DNA from: Granulicella sp.
GTDB taxonomy: Bacteria; Acidobacteriota; Terriglobia; Terriglobales; Acidobacteriaceae
Length of the DNA: 23,364 bases
Reading direction: 5' to 3'
Assembly: GCA_027339965.1 (NCBI GenBank)
Contig: DAHWNL010000010.1
Coordinates: 1 to 23,364, forward strand
Each line of letters opens with the position of its first letter. Within the stretch, counting starts at the first letter, position 1. The translations under genes and the position numbers were made by a program. The notes under the pieces were generated by a model that searched no databases, had not been told where the DNA came from, and saw only the letters and a program-made list of their open reading frames with translations. Below, in pieces: positions 1 to 8,815 of this stretch.

Positions 1-700
1 GCGCGCGGTGGGGGAATATCTCAAGCGCTGGGGCTTCACGCCGCAACGGCCGCTCAAGAAGGCTTACGAGCAGAACCCTGCTGCCGTCGATCAGTGGGTG
101 AACGAAGAGTATCCGAAGATCGCCAAAGCCGCGAAAACAGAGGGCGCGGAGATACAGTGGGGCGATGAGACTGGCTTGCGCTCGGACGATGTGCGTGGCC
201 GGGGTTATGCGCCGAAGGGCAAGACTCCGGTGGTGCTGGCCAATGCCAACCGGCCCAAGCTGAGCGTGATTTCGACGGTGAACAACAAGGGCCAGATGCG
301 CTGGAAGGTCTTCTCGGGCGCGCTGCATGCGAAGATCCTGATCGGCTTCATGAAGCGGCTCGTGCACGGACGCGAGAAGCGAGTCTTCCTGATCCTGGAC
401 AATCTGCGCGTGCATCACTCCAAGGAGGTGAAGCAATGGCTCGCGGAAAACACGGAGAAGATCGCGGTGTTTTATCTGCCAAGTTACTCGCCGGAGTTAA
501 ACCAGGACGAGTTGCTCAACGCCGACCTGAAGCAGAGCGTCACCAAGACCGCCCCGCCTAGAACGAAGATGGCGCTGACGCGCACCGCCATCGGCGCTCT
601 GCGCAGTATCCAACAACAGCCTGATCGAGTCGAAAACTACTTCGGCCAGAAAGATATCGCCTATGCCGCATAATCGCATTCCTTCCATGCCAGATCAATA
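1..700 (+). mobile_element. IS630-family insertion sequence, right part (5' end outside window)
   Basis: Transposase ORF ends at 673. It is followed by ...TGCCAGATCAATA, ending in TA (699-700, IS630 target dinucleotide), after which an interrupted LacI reading frame resumes at 700. The left IR is not visible, so the end position is inferred. Confidence 0.85.
8..673 (+). CDS. IS630-family transposase (5' truncated by window edge)
   Basis: Winged-HTH tail YLKRWGFTPQRP and DDE motifs WGDETG, LILDNLRVH, YLPSYSPELNQDE typical of IS630/DDE_3. Confidence 0.93.
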   Translation: MGEYLKRWGFTPQRPLKKAYEQNPAAVDQWVNEEYPKIAKAAKTEGAEIQWGDETGLRSDDVRGRGYAPKGKTPVVLANANRPKLSVISTVNNKGQMRWKVFSGALHAKILIGFMKRLVHGREKRVFLILDNLRVHHSKEVKQWLAENTEKIAVFYLPSYSPELNQDELLNADLKQSVTKTAPPRTKMALTRTAIGALRSIQQQPDRVENYFGQKDIAYAA

Positions 701-1103
701 AGATCAAGCCGGACCTCGTCGTCTCTCTGGACCGCGACATCTCCTCCCCCGAACTGGGCTATCCGGTGGTCCAGCACCTCCTGGCCTCCGGCATCCGTTC
801 ACGGCGCTGGTGGCGTTCAACGATAACGCCGCCATCGGAGCCATCCGCGCCTTTCAGGATCTCAACCTCAACATACCCAGGGATGTCTCCATCATCGGCT
901 TTGACGACGTCAATGCGTCCTCTTACAGCATCCCTCGCCTCACCACCATCAACCAGCCTCTGGCAGAGATGGGCCGGATCGCCACCCAGGCGCTGTTGAA
1001 CAAGATCCATGACACCATGCCCCCGCGCGATGAACTTGTCGTGCAGCCCACCCTGGTCGTCCGTGAATCCACCGCCGTGGCGCTGAAGCGTCCACGCGCC
1101 TGA
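700..1103 (+). pseudogene. LacI-family transcriptional regulator, C-terminal remnant (IS-interrupted and frameshifted)
   Basis: From 700 the frame reads KIKPDLVVSLDRDISSPELGYPVVQHLLASG; after a -1 shift near 795 it reads FTALVAFNDNAAIGAIRA...VSIIGFDD...PRLTTINQP...QPTLVVREST, the LacI ligand-binding C-terminus. Confidence 0.88.
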
Positions 1104-1395
1104 CGTCCGCCACGCTGCACCACTCCCTTGCGCAAACCCATGGTCGCCTCTGGCTTCTCAGGCAACCGGCCGCAAGCGGCAGGCCCAGCGGGCAGCCTTT
1201 GCCCACAATTGGCTTGTCCGCCAAATCACTCTGCATCGCCGGCCTTCGGCATAGAGCGAATAGAAGCGATCAGTCCCTTCATATCGTGAGCACTCAGATT
1301 GGTCAGTGGCATGCCGCCTTCCTGCATCTGCGCACTATGGTGTCGCAACAGGCCTGCTGCTTGAGCGCTGGGCTCTACTGCTTGGCCGCGGAGTC

Positions 1396-1581
1396 TTATA
1401 CGTCCTTGAAAGCTTTTCTTGCAGCGTCCTTCACATCTCCTATCGCATTGTGGACCGCCCCTTTCGCCTGGTCTACCTTGCCCTCGCTCTCTAGTCCCTT
1501 GTCTCCAGTGATGTGGCCGGCAACTTCCTTCATCTTGCCTTTCACCTCTTCCACTGCGCCTTTCACATGTTCCTTGTCCAT
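1396..1581 (-). CDS. csbD: CsbD-family general stress protein (61 aa)
   Basis: MDKEHVKGAVEEVKGKMKEVAGHITGDKGLESEGKVDQAKG...; strong RBS AGGAGGT just upstream of ATG 1581. Confidence 0.92.
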   Translation of the reverse strand: MDKEHVKGAVEEVKGKMKEVAGHITGDKGLESEGKVDQAKGAVHNAIGDVKDAARKAFKDV

Positions 1582-1804
1582 CAGACACCTCCTTCTAACT
1601 GATATACGTTCTAACTGGAACCCGTCACGCAACGCCTTCTTCAATGTGAAACAAGATACCGTGTCAACCCATTTCAGCTTCCCGCGCCCACGATCAATCT
1701 GCTGTGTAGGGGCACCACTCCTTTTCCCAGAAGAAATAACCCGGCCAACCCTCAGAGATCAGGACAGAAACAGGAAAAGGAGACATCTCATCGGAATCGG
1801 CCAT

Positions 1805-3139
1805 CTACTCGGACACGGGAGCGTAGACGCAGTACCCTCGCGGCGGTGCAGGGAACTCCGCATTTCCGTCGGCGTCGGTCGTGCGCTCATCGGGATGAGC
1901 CGTGTCGTGACCATCCCATGCTACCGGCTTGAACCTCTGGTTGGTCCACCTTGTCTTCACCTGTGTGCCGCTCCACTGATTTCCAAGATTGTTCAGCACA
2001 TAGATCAGGCCGCTCTGCGTCTCCGTTCCATCACGCTGCATGATATACAGGTCGGGATCGGCGTGCAGGATCGCGGACTCTCCCCCCGCGTAGCGATGAT
2101 GCACGTCAATCAGCGCGTCGATTCCGTTCGGCGTACCCGGCCGCGCGAGCTCGCAATTGAAGTAGTCCCACCAGAAAACACACGGATATCCGTCGCCAGT
2201 CAGAATGAAAGAATAGCCAAGCATCTTGTCGTTCACCACTTCATTGCCGCCCATGTCGTGATTTTCGGTGAAGGTGACGGCATTGAACGGCCGCCTGGCG
2301 GAAACAGATTCGCCATCGGTCAGCCTGCGCAGATCGTAGTTCGGCGTGTCGCAGACCTCTTTGAGTTTGTAACGTAAGGGAAAGTCGAACGCGGCGATCT
2401 GATCATCCGTTACGGCACGCACCCGATCAAGCCAATCGCCGATAGCCTCAGGTCCGGACCAGTACTCCCCCACCACAAAAGGAGTGAACTCACGGCCATC
2501 TTTCTTTTGATATTGATACTTCGCCAATAAGCCGATCATCCACGCTCCAAAACCCTTCACAAAATCAAACCGGAAACCATCGAAATCGAGTTCCTCGATG
2601 GCCAGACGCGAATACTCGAACATTGCCGCATACACCTGAGGATTGCGATGGCACAGGTGCGGAAATCCAGCGAACTTCTCGCCCTCCACTATCGTCCGCT
2701 CATACCGGCTCGGATGGAAGCAGTTCCAGTCACGCGGGAACTTCCCGCTCTTCGGATTGAACTTCGTCCATCGCTTCTTCCCGTCCAGAGGGTTCGTCTC
2801 TTCCTCATCGCCCCCTGAGTTATGGTTGATCACCATATCGGCGATCGCACTGATCTTGTGCTCTCGCATCACCCGGATCAGTCTCTCCAGTTCGGCGCGA
2901 TTGCCATAAAGTGTCTTCACGGAGCCCTTCTGATCCAAATCTCCCAGATCAAAATAGTCGTAAGGATCGTATCCATTCGACGCAGGGTCCGCGGCCTTGC
3001 TGAAAGGCGGCAACCACATGGAATTGATCCCCGATGCCGCCAGTTGAGGCGCCTTCTCCGCAAGGAAGTTCCACCACTCCCCGCGCTTGTTCTCTTTGAC
3101 CGGAGCATCCCAATAAAACGCCTGCATCATAACGGCCAT
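1805..3139 (-). CDS. Cytoplasmic alpha-amylase, GH13
   Basis: MMQAFYWD, GYDPYDYFDLG, ADMVINH and catalytic motifs DGFRFDFVKG, VGEYW, FTENHD; no signal peptide; RBS GGGAGGGAG. Confidence 0.92.
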   Translation of the reverse strand: MAVMMQAFYWDAPVKENKRGEWWNFLAEKAPQLAASGINSMWLPPFSKAADPASNGYDPYDYFDLGDLDQKGSVKTLYGNRAELERLIRVMREHKISAIADMVINHNSGGDEEETNPLDGKKRWTKFNPKSGKFPRDWNCFHPSRYERTIVEGEKFAGFPHLCHRNPQVYAAMFEYSRLAIEELDFDGFRFDFVKGFGAWMIGLLAKYQYQKKDGREFTPFVVGEYWSGPEAIGDWLDRVRAVTDDQIAAFDFPLRYKLKEVCDTPNYDLRRLTDGESVSARRPFNAVTFTENHDMGGNEVVNDKMLGYSFILTGDGYPCVFWWDYFNCELARPGTPNGIDALIDVHHRYAGGESAILHADPDLYIMQRDGTETQSGLIYVLNNLGNQWSGTQVKTRWTNQRFKPVAWDGHDTAHPDERTTDADGNAEFPAPPRGYCVYAPVSE

Positions 3140-3481
3140 TCGCGCTCCCTCCCTTCAACGGCTGTCCATCAAACCTCTGCTACTGTGCTTCTTCCGTGCA
3201 TGGGAGCCTTGGCGATAACACCCATGGCCGCGGCGGACAACTCGCAGGCTTTGCCTCGCCAAATTTGTCCATCTCGCGCCGCTCGTCACAGGCGCCGGCC
3301 GCAACCTTGTACCCGGCCCGCCAGGAATCTTGCTCCTGCCGTTCTGCTTCACGCCTGCCACACCAACCCAAAACGCCAACCCTCAAAGTCCCGGCACAAC
3401 CCGCTGCCCCTACATCTCCTTGCAAAGAACTAAAAGCATATTGCACCTCGGCCACGCGGCTTCAGTCCGCGGCGCAGCCAG

Positions 3482-4345
3482 CTACAGACGGAGACGCCGT
3501 CTCAGCTTTGCATCAGTCCTTTGCGAAAATACCAGAAAGAGCAGCCCCGCCATTCCGGTTCCCAGCAGCAACAGGCTATGCGGTTCCGGCACTACAGATA
3601 TGGAAGATACAGGGGTCACCACGCCATCGGTAATCGTTCCGCCACCGGTGCAACCGGTCGAGACGGTATTCGAATCCATGGTTACGGCCCCGCTTGACGC
3701 CAACGCGCTACCACACCCAATGCTTGCACCGGTGTCCAGGGTGATGCTGTCAGACGCGAGGATATTTCCTTCAAAGTTTGTGTAGGTACCCAGGGTAGCG
3801 GAGCTGCCGATATCCCAGAATATGCCATCATTGGATCCGGCATTGATTACGTTAATAGCCGCCGCGCCTTGTCCGCTCGCCGTCGTCAGCGTACTGCCCG
3901 TTACGAACACCCATAAGGCGTTCGGATTACCCTCGCCGTTCAGTGTAAGCGTTCCCGTCAGGCCTGCGGAGGAATCAAACGCATAGACGCCTGGCGTCAG
4001 CGTCAGGCCGCCAAGATTCTCCCCTGTCAGGTTCGTAGTCACCGGCATGGCCCCAAGGCCAAGGCTTGCTGCAGTGGCGTCCCCCTCAGCAGTCGCCGCG
4101 CCTGCGTTGTTGGGCGGGACCGCGCTTCCGCCGTACACAACCCCATTGATGGTGATGCCGTTGGTGTTCGTTATCGACGTACCAGGATAGACCCCTAAAT
4201 CTCCATTGAGGGTCGTCGGACCGGTATTCGTCACGTCAGAGCCGCCCAGGATCGCCAAAATCCCGGCGGATCCAAGAATAGGATCCGCATACGCTGGCAA
4301 AGTTGAAAGCAGAAGAATCAACCAACAGGATGTGCGTAGTTGCAT
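3482..4345 (-). CDS. Ice-binding protein (DUF3494) with signal peptide and PEP-CTERM sorting signal
   Basis: ATG 4345 with RBS GGAGG; signal peptide ending PAYA; DUF3494 motifs VTNTGPTTLNGDLGVYPG, LTLTPGVY, IFWDIGSSATLGT, FEGNILA, GAVTMDSNTV; C-terminal VPEP + hydrophobic helix + basic tail. Confidence 0.88.
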   Translation of the reverse strand: MQLRTSCWLILLLSTLPAYADPILGSAGILAILGGSDVTNTGPTTLNGDLGVYPGTSITNTNGITINGVVYGGSAVPPNNAGAATAEGDATAASLGLGAMPVTTNLTGENLGGLTLTPGVYAFDSSAGLTGTLTLNGEGNPNALWVFVTGSTLTTASGQGAAAINVINAGSNDGIFWDIGSSATLGTYTNFEGNILASDSITLDTGASIGCGSALASSGAVTMDSNTVSTGCTGGGTITDGVVTPVSSISVVPEPHSLLLLGTGMAGLLFLVFSQRTDAKLRRRLRL

Positions 4346-4442
4346 AGAAAGAACCTCCGTTGCGCTGCATATCCCGAAGAGAGAGCTTCCCGTGACGCTA
4401 CGCTTACCTTGAGTTAGCTTGCTCCCTCGGCCAGACAGAAAC

Positions 4443-4458
4443 TGTATAGAAACGCACA
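4443..4458 (-). promoter_or_regulatory. Putative Crp/Fnr-type box upstream of ice-binding gene
   Basis: Minus strand TGTGCGTTTCTATACA(G), 21 nt, then CAAGCT (-10-like, 4421-4416). Confidence 0.6.
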
Positions 4459-4540
4459 CTTCCAGCCGAAGCAACGCAATCTTCATGCCGACAGCGCCGC
4501 TGCCGCCTGCGTTGGCTAGCATTCCTCAAACCGAACAGCT

Positions 4541-4690
4541 TCACCACCTGCCGCGGCGTCCGCTCACCAGGTTGAAGATCAGGATGATCACGGCTACAAC
4601 CAGTAGAAGGTGAATCAGCCCACCGCCGATGTGTAAGCTGAAGCCAAGAAGCCACAAAACCAGAACCACGACGAACAATGTCCAAAGCAT
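4541..4690 (-). CDS. Small membrane protein, lmo0937/DUF5670-like (49 aa; absent from ORF track)
   Basis: Hand translation MLWTLFVVVLVLWLLGFSLHIGGGLIHLLLVVAVIILIFNLVSGRRGRW; RBS GAGGAG. Confidence 0.88.
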   Translation of the reverse strand: MLWTLFVVVLVLWLLGFSLHIGGGLIHLLLVVAVIILIFNLVSGRRGRW

Positions 4691-4818
4691 AACGATCTCC
4701 TCTCAATCTCCATCTGCCCGCCAACATTCCAATCAGAACCAAACTGTCTTCTCTCTGGCTCGTAAGCAGGAAAGGTGCGGGCGCTATCTATCTGATAGAT
4801 CCCGCTGTCTTCAGGAAG

Positions 4819-5247
4819 TCACTTCGATCCGTCTTCCGCAACCATCAACGTGCTATGGAACAGATCCTGCACCGCGGGCGCAATGCCGGGATTCCCTTGC
4901 GCAAGCCCTCCCGTAACCGCATCGCGTTGAGCCAGCGTCGTCTGCAGGAAAGCTTGCAGGTTGGCATCAGGCGCCTGGCTCATCATCGCTTGAACCTGAT
5001 CAAAGAAGTGGGATGAATCCTGGCTCGCCAGGCCGTAATTCTTGAGGTTGGTCTCAAGATAAACTCGCCCGCAGAGCAGGCCCAGCTCGTCCATCTGCGC
5101 TTCGTCGCGTTCCGCGTTCAGCCGCTGCTTTACCTCACCGAGTTGATCCTCCAGAGCCTTGCCCTTCCGGTATCGCGGCACAAACCCTAGCAGAAACGCT
5201 GCTACCACCAGCGCGCCAATCACGATGAAACGCCTGTTCCATCTCAT
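4819..5247 (-). CDS. Hypothetical N-terminally membrane-anchored helical protein (142 aa)
   Basis: ATG 5247 with RBS GAGGGAG; TM segment FIVIGALVVAAFLLGFVP followed by coiled-coil-like and helical sequence. Confidence 0.75.
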   Translation of the reverse strand: MRWNRRFIVIGALVVAAFLLGFVPRYRKGKALEDQLGEVKQRLNAERDEAQMDELGLLCGRVYLETNLKNYGLASQDSSHFFDQVQAMMSQAPDANLQAFLQTTLAQRDAVTGGLAQGNPGIAPAVQDLFHSTLMVAEDGSK

Positions 5248-5543
5248 AAGATGAGGCTCCCTCTGTTTCCGCCTGCTGTTTACCAGGATGTACGGCACAC
5301 TGCTCTCCCTGTTCCTCTTCCCAATCCAGAACGGCGTCACACTCCTGTGGCATGCGCCTTACGACGCCATCTTCCCGGTAGGCGCCCTCAGGAATCCTGA
5401 GTGCAACAACTCCGGCCGCTTGCCATCATCGGCCGCACTGGATAGCAGAAACTCCGATGCGCTCGCAGCGTCACTTCTCTACACTGTCTGGCGCCCGGGA
5501 GTCCAATGTCTCTCCCGGGCGCTCAAGCATCCAGACAATCCGC

Positions 5544-6239
5544 CTAATCACCAGAGGCAACCGACTGCGCCTTCGCTCCACTCACAGCATTCAGAAAGGA
5601 ATCCGCACCCGCGGGCGTTGCTATCTTACCGTCGAGCACCCTCCGCGTGGAGACGTGACGGCCATAGAAGGCACGCATGGAATCATCGTCGCGCCGAACG
5701 TTGGCCCCGGAGAGCGTCAGTCCGGCAAACAGACCCTTGGCTCGCGAGTAGGTAAGGATCTGGGTGTTCAGATTCCAATCGGTGCTCGCGGAGGCGTTGC
5801 GCCCCACGGGTCCGGCCGCCGCCGAGGCGTCTACTCCAACCTTGAAGTTGGAGGATTCCAGACGCCGCATGCCCTTGTCGTTCTGGAAGATCATCACCAC
5901 ATCCACGCCCTCCACGCCGATCTGCAACCCCCAGCTCCCTCCGGTAATCGCGAAGAAGTCCGGCGCGCTCCAGCCGTGGGCCGTGCGGCAGGTGGCCACG
6001 CCCTTGCCGTTCTCCGCCCCAAAAATAAGGCCGCCCTTGATCATGTGAGGAACCACGGCAATGCACTTTGCGTGTTCCATCACCTCTTCCGGAATACCTT
6101 TATCCGGCGTGTCCATAATCTGGTGCAGCACCAGCGCAGCGTTGTCCAGCCGGTTCTGCGTATCTTCGCGCGACTCTGCCTTGGCCGCCATGGCCGCTCC
6201 CAGACTGAGGATCGCCACCATTGTCATAACTGTTTTCAT
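5544..6239 (-). CDS. Lipid-binding SYLF (Ysc84/DUF500) domain protein, exported
   Basis: Signal peptide; PDKGIP, AKCIAVVP, GWSAP, GGSWGLQIG, AAAGPVGR, TYSRAKGLFAG motifs. Start could be 6239, 6251 or 6263. Confidence 0.9.
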   Translation of the reverse strand: MKTVMTMVAILSLGAAMAAKAESREDTQNRLDNAALVLHQIMDTPDKGIPEEVMEHAKCIAVVPHMIKGGLIFGAENGKGVATCRTAHGWSAPDFFAITGGSWGLQIGVEGVDVVMIFQNDKGMRRLESSNFKVGVDASAAAGPVGRNASASTDWNLNTQILTYSRAKGLFAGLTLSGANVRRDDDSMRAFYGRHVSTRRVLDGKIATPAGADSFLNAVSGAKAQSVASGD

Positions 6240-6338
6240 GCGTCTCACCATTTTTCTACCCATGCGCAGCGTCTCTTGCTCTCCGCTCTTTGAGGCGCAT
6301 CAGGTAACTTCACGGTAGTCGTATTGTTTCTCGGCGTC

Positions 6339-6354
6339 TGAGCAATACAGCACA
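6339..6354 (-). promoter_or_regulatory. Putative Crp/Fnr-type box upstream of SYLF gene
   Basis: Minus strand TGTGCTGTATTGCTCA(G), 21 nt, then TACCGT (6317-6312). Confidence 0.62.
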
Positions 6355-6530
6355 TGGGCAGTAATATGCCCTCATGGCACAAGAGCGCTCTCCGGAGCTC
6401 TGTGTCGCCAGATCCTTTCACGGCTCCCGGCAACGGCTCGGAACCGGCGAAAGTGGGCCCTAAATGTATCTCGCGGCGCGGGAGTGCGGGTCGATCCTGA
6501 AACACCCGCATGGAGAAATTCCTGGAAACG

Positions 6531-6546
6531 TGTGCAAAAGGGAACA
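6531..6546 (+). promoter_or_regulatory. Putative Crp/Fnr-type box upstream of first Crp gene
   Basis: TGTGCAAAAGGGAACA(G), 21 nt, then CAAACT (6568-6573). Confidence 0.6.
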
Positions 6547-6767
6547 GACTATTAACCTCGTGGGGCGCAAACTAGTCTTGTCGCAGTTGTATCCGCGTCT
6601 CGGACGACCAAGAGAAGACGAGCTTTATGGCGCGCGAACGCCATGACCGTCGCAGATCGACTTCGATGCATGTCGGCATTCTCGCTGTTCGTTTTTCCAA
6701 CGGCTTGATCGTGCCCACATTCACTGGGTCCGTTCGTCGGAATCGCATCCGAAAGGTATCCTCCACT

Positions 6768-7478
6768 ATGTCCGAGCAGCGAAAGTCCGCATTTGATCCC
6801 GCTCAATTTCTAATGAGCGCAGGGCTGGGTAGAAGAATCGTCTGCCTGGAACCAAAGCAGCACTTCTTTTCGCAAGGCGATCCAGCCGACGCAGTCTTCT
6901 ATCTACAAAAGGGCCAGGCAAAGGTCACGGTTGTCTCCTCAGGCGGCAAGGAGGCCACCATCACGTTCCTTTCCGCAGGCGACTTTGTCGGTGAAGAGAC
7001 GCTGGCGGCGATTGTCGGGCCGCGCTTGTCCGCGGCCACAGCCATCAGCGCCTGCACCGCCCTCAAAATAGGCCGCGAAGAGATGGCTCGCGTTATGCAC
7101 GAAGAGCACGCCTTCTCTGATCTGTTCCTCAAGTTTCTTCTGCAGCGCAGCATGCGCATTCAGGCCGATCTCGTCGATCAGCTCTTCAACTCCAGCGAAA
7201 GGCGGCTGGCGCGCCTCCTTCTGTCGATGGCCGAATGTGGCCGGCCGGGTGAGCCAAACGGGCAACTCCCAAAGATCTCGCAGGAGACCCTGGCAGAGAT
7301 GGTCGGAACCACGCGGTCCCGCGTCAGCTTCTTCATGAACCGCTTTCGCAGGCTCGGCTTTATCGACTACAAGAGCGGCATCGTGGTCCACAAATCGCTG
7401 CTCAACGTAGTCCTCCACGATCAACTCCCGCCCGGCAACGCTGCAAGGCCAAAGCCGGCCCAGGACCTGATCCAGTAG
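6768..7478 (+). CDS. Crp/Fnr-family transcriptional regulator (paralogue 1)
   Basis: cNMP-binding domain (FFSQGDPADAVFYLQKG, GDFVGEE, PR) and HTH ISQETLAEMVGTTRSRVSFFMNRFR; likely start ATG 6768. Confidence 0.93.
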   Translation: MSEQRKSAFDPAQFLMSAGLGRRIVCLEPKQHFFSQGDPADAVFYLQKGQAKVTVVSSGGKEATITFLSAGDFVGEETLAAIVGPRLSAATAISACTALKIGREEMARVMHEEHAFSDLFLKFLLQRSMRIQADLVDQLFNSSERRLARLLLSMAECGRPGEPNGQLPKISQETLAEMVGTTRSRVSFFMNRFRRLGFIDYKSGIVVHKSLLNVVLHDQLPPGNAARPKPAQDLIQ

Positions 7479-7510
7479 CCCACCTGCCGAGAATCGAAAT
7501 GCGCAGCGCC

Positions 7511-7526
7511 TGTACAAAATGAATCA
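7511..7526 (+). promoter_or_regulatory. Putative Crp/Fnr-type box upstream of receiver/Zn-ribbon gene
   Basis: TGTACAAAATGAATCA(G), 21 nt, then CACTCT (7548-7553) preceded by TGn (extended -10-like). Confidence 0.6.
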
Positions 7527-7593
7527 GACACTGAAGCGGATGGATGTCACTCTGGCTTCAGATGCTAAATCCATTTGACAGGTGACATTGCGT

Positions 7594-8457
7594 ATGCCCT
7601 ACCCAACCAGGAGTCTTCTCATCGTGGATCACGAGGCGTGGATTCGAAGAACATTGTCGCTCTTTGCTGCCGGCCTGGGATTTCTGGTGCGTTCTTCCAG
7701 GGACGGTCTTTCCGCGTTGCGCGAAATCCGCCTGGATCAGCCAGATGTTCTACTGGCCGAACTCAACTTGCCAGACATGTCCGGACCTCAACTGCTCTCT
7801 GTGGTCAGGCAACGGCTTCCAGCAACTCTGGTCATCGCCATGAGCGGAGCGTCCGGCGGCAGGGACGCGCTATCTCGCATTCCCGCGGATGCCTTTTATC
7901 AAAAAGGCAGCGGTCCAGCCAGCCTCTCCAGTTTATTGAGTACACCACCCGGAATAAGACGGCAAACCCCGCCGGATTCCGATTACATGGAGCCTCTGCT
8001 GACTCAGCATCATCCGTGCGGCTCCAATGGGACCGCGCAAGCCCGGATCACTTGTCCAGAATGTCACAGGGCGTTTCATGTTGCTCTTGATCGTCTTGGG
8101 GATCTCACGTGCAACGTGGAATGTATCTATTGTGACTATGCGATTCAGTACCCAGCCTCCATGGTCACGCCACTCGCCAAAATGCCCCCGCAGGCCGCGC
8201 GGCAAATCGCGGGCCTGGCGGCAGCCTGCAAGCCTGGCAAAAGCCCCGGTCCGCAGTTGATAGCAGCAGGAAAGAGTCCAATCTATGCATACCACGGCAA
8301 AAACCAACCTGCTTCTTCGCGCGAGCATCGAGTTACCCGAAGGCCTCAGCCTGGCGACGGAAGAATTCCACGAAGGCTGGAACTTCTCGCGGTCGGTCAA
8401 CGCAAACCACCTGGAAAAGAGACTGAAGAGTCGTGGATGGAACACCGTCAAGAGTGA
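7594..8457 (+). CDS. Atypical response-regulator receiver protein with C-terminal Cys4 Zn-ribbon
   Basis: REC fold LLIVDHE...PDVLLAELNLPDMSG...VIAMSG...ADAFYQKG, then CPECH...CIYC. The 3' tail overlaps the next gene by 173 nt and may be read-through. Confidence 0.75.
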   Translation: MPYPTRSLLIVDHEAWIRRTLSLFAAGLGFLVRSSRDGLSALREIRLDQPDVLLAELNLPDMSGPQLLSVVRQRLPATLVIAMSGASGGRDALSRIPADAFYQKGSGPASLSSLLSTPPGIRRQTPPDSDYMEPLLTQHHPCGSNGTAQARITCPECHRAFHVALDRLGDLTCNVECIYCDYAIQYPASMVTPLAKMPPQAARQIAGLAAACKPGKSPGPQLIAAGKSPIYAYHGKNQPASSREHRVTRRPQPGDGRIPRRLELLAVGQRKPPGKETEESWMEHRQE

Positions 8458-8815
8458 GGCCGGCGGCGGAACGCTGAGAAGCGGCGTGGGAGATACAGCG
8501 CAGCAGGCGATCGCCAGTGCGCTCAAACTCGGTCTCCGCCAAATCTCTGAGCACTTCAATGCGGTGGAGATTGAGCAAATCCAATTGACGCAATATCCCT
8601 GGCTCTTTCTGGCCAGAGTCAAAATCAATCCCTTCCGCATTCCGCAAAGTCCCACGTTGTCTTGGCCGGACCATCTGGAGCCGCCGCCGCCCAAGCCCCG
8701 GCGGGCATGTTTTTCCCTCAATCCATCCCTGCCGCATCTACACTCTTGCAGCATCACGCCAAGGCTCAAGGAGATGCTGCTTGTTTCCAGAAGCGAACAC
8801 AAGGAAATCGAATGA
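8285..8815 (+). CDS. Hypothetical protein (176 aa)
   Basis: ATG with upstream AGGAAAG; protein-like alpha/beta composition (EEFHEGW...SGVGDTAQQAIASALKLGLR...FNAVEIEQIQLTQYPW). No family recognised. Confidence 0.7.
   Translation: MHTTAKTNLLLRASIELPEGLSLATEEFHEGWNFSRSVNANHLEKRLKSRGWNTVKSEAGGGTLRSGVGDTAQQAIASALKLGLRQISEHFNAVEIEQIQLTQYPWLFLARVKINPFRIPQSPTLSWPDHLEPPPPKPRRACFSLNPSLPHLHSCSITPRLKEMLLVSRSEHKEIE

Noticed and set aside
1645..1660. TGTGAAACAAGATACC as a Crp box for csbD
   Set aside because: Good half-site, but no xAxxxT hexamer at the 21-22 nt spacing; excluded from the regulon set.
1199..2377. 392-aa plus-strand ORF
   Set aside because: Antisense shadow of csbD and the alpha-amylase; no recognisable motifs.
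4346..4522. N-terminal extensions given by the ORF track (ice-binding from 4522, crp1 from 6627, DGC from 21122, Ada from 22587)
   Set aside because: Domain boundaries, RBSs where visible and putative promoters inside two of these extensions favour the downstream starts.
5457..6293. 278-aa plus-strand ORF
   Set aside because: Antisense to the well-supported SYLF gene.
6485..6510. Inverted repeat TGCGGGT-N12-ACCCGCA in the divergent SYLF/crp1 region
   Set aside because: Single occurrence, no U-tract; no function supportable.
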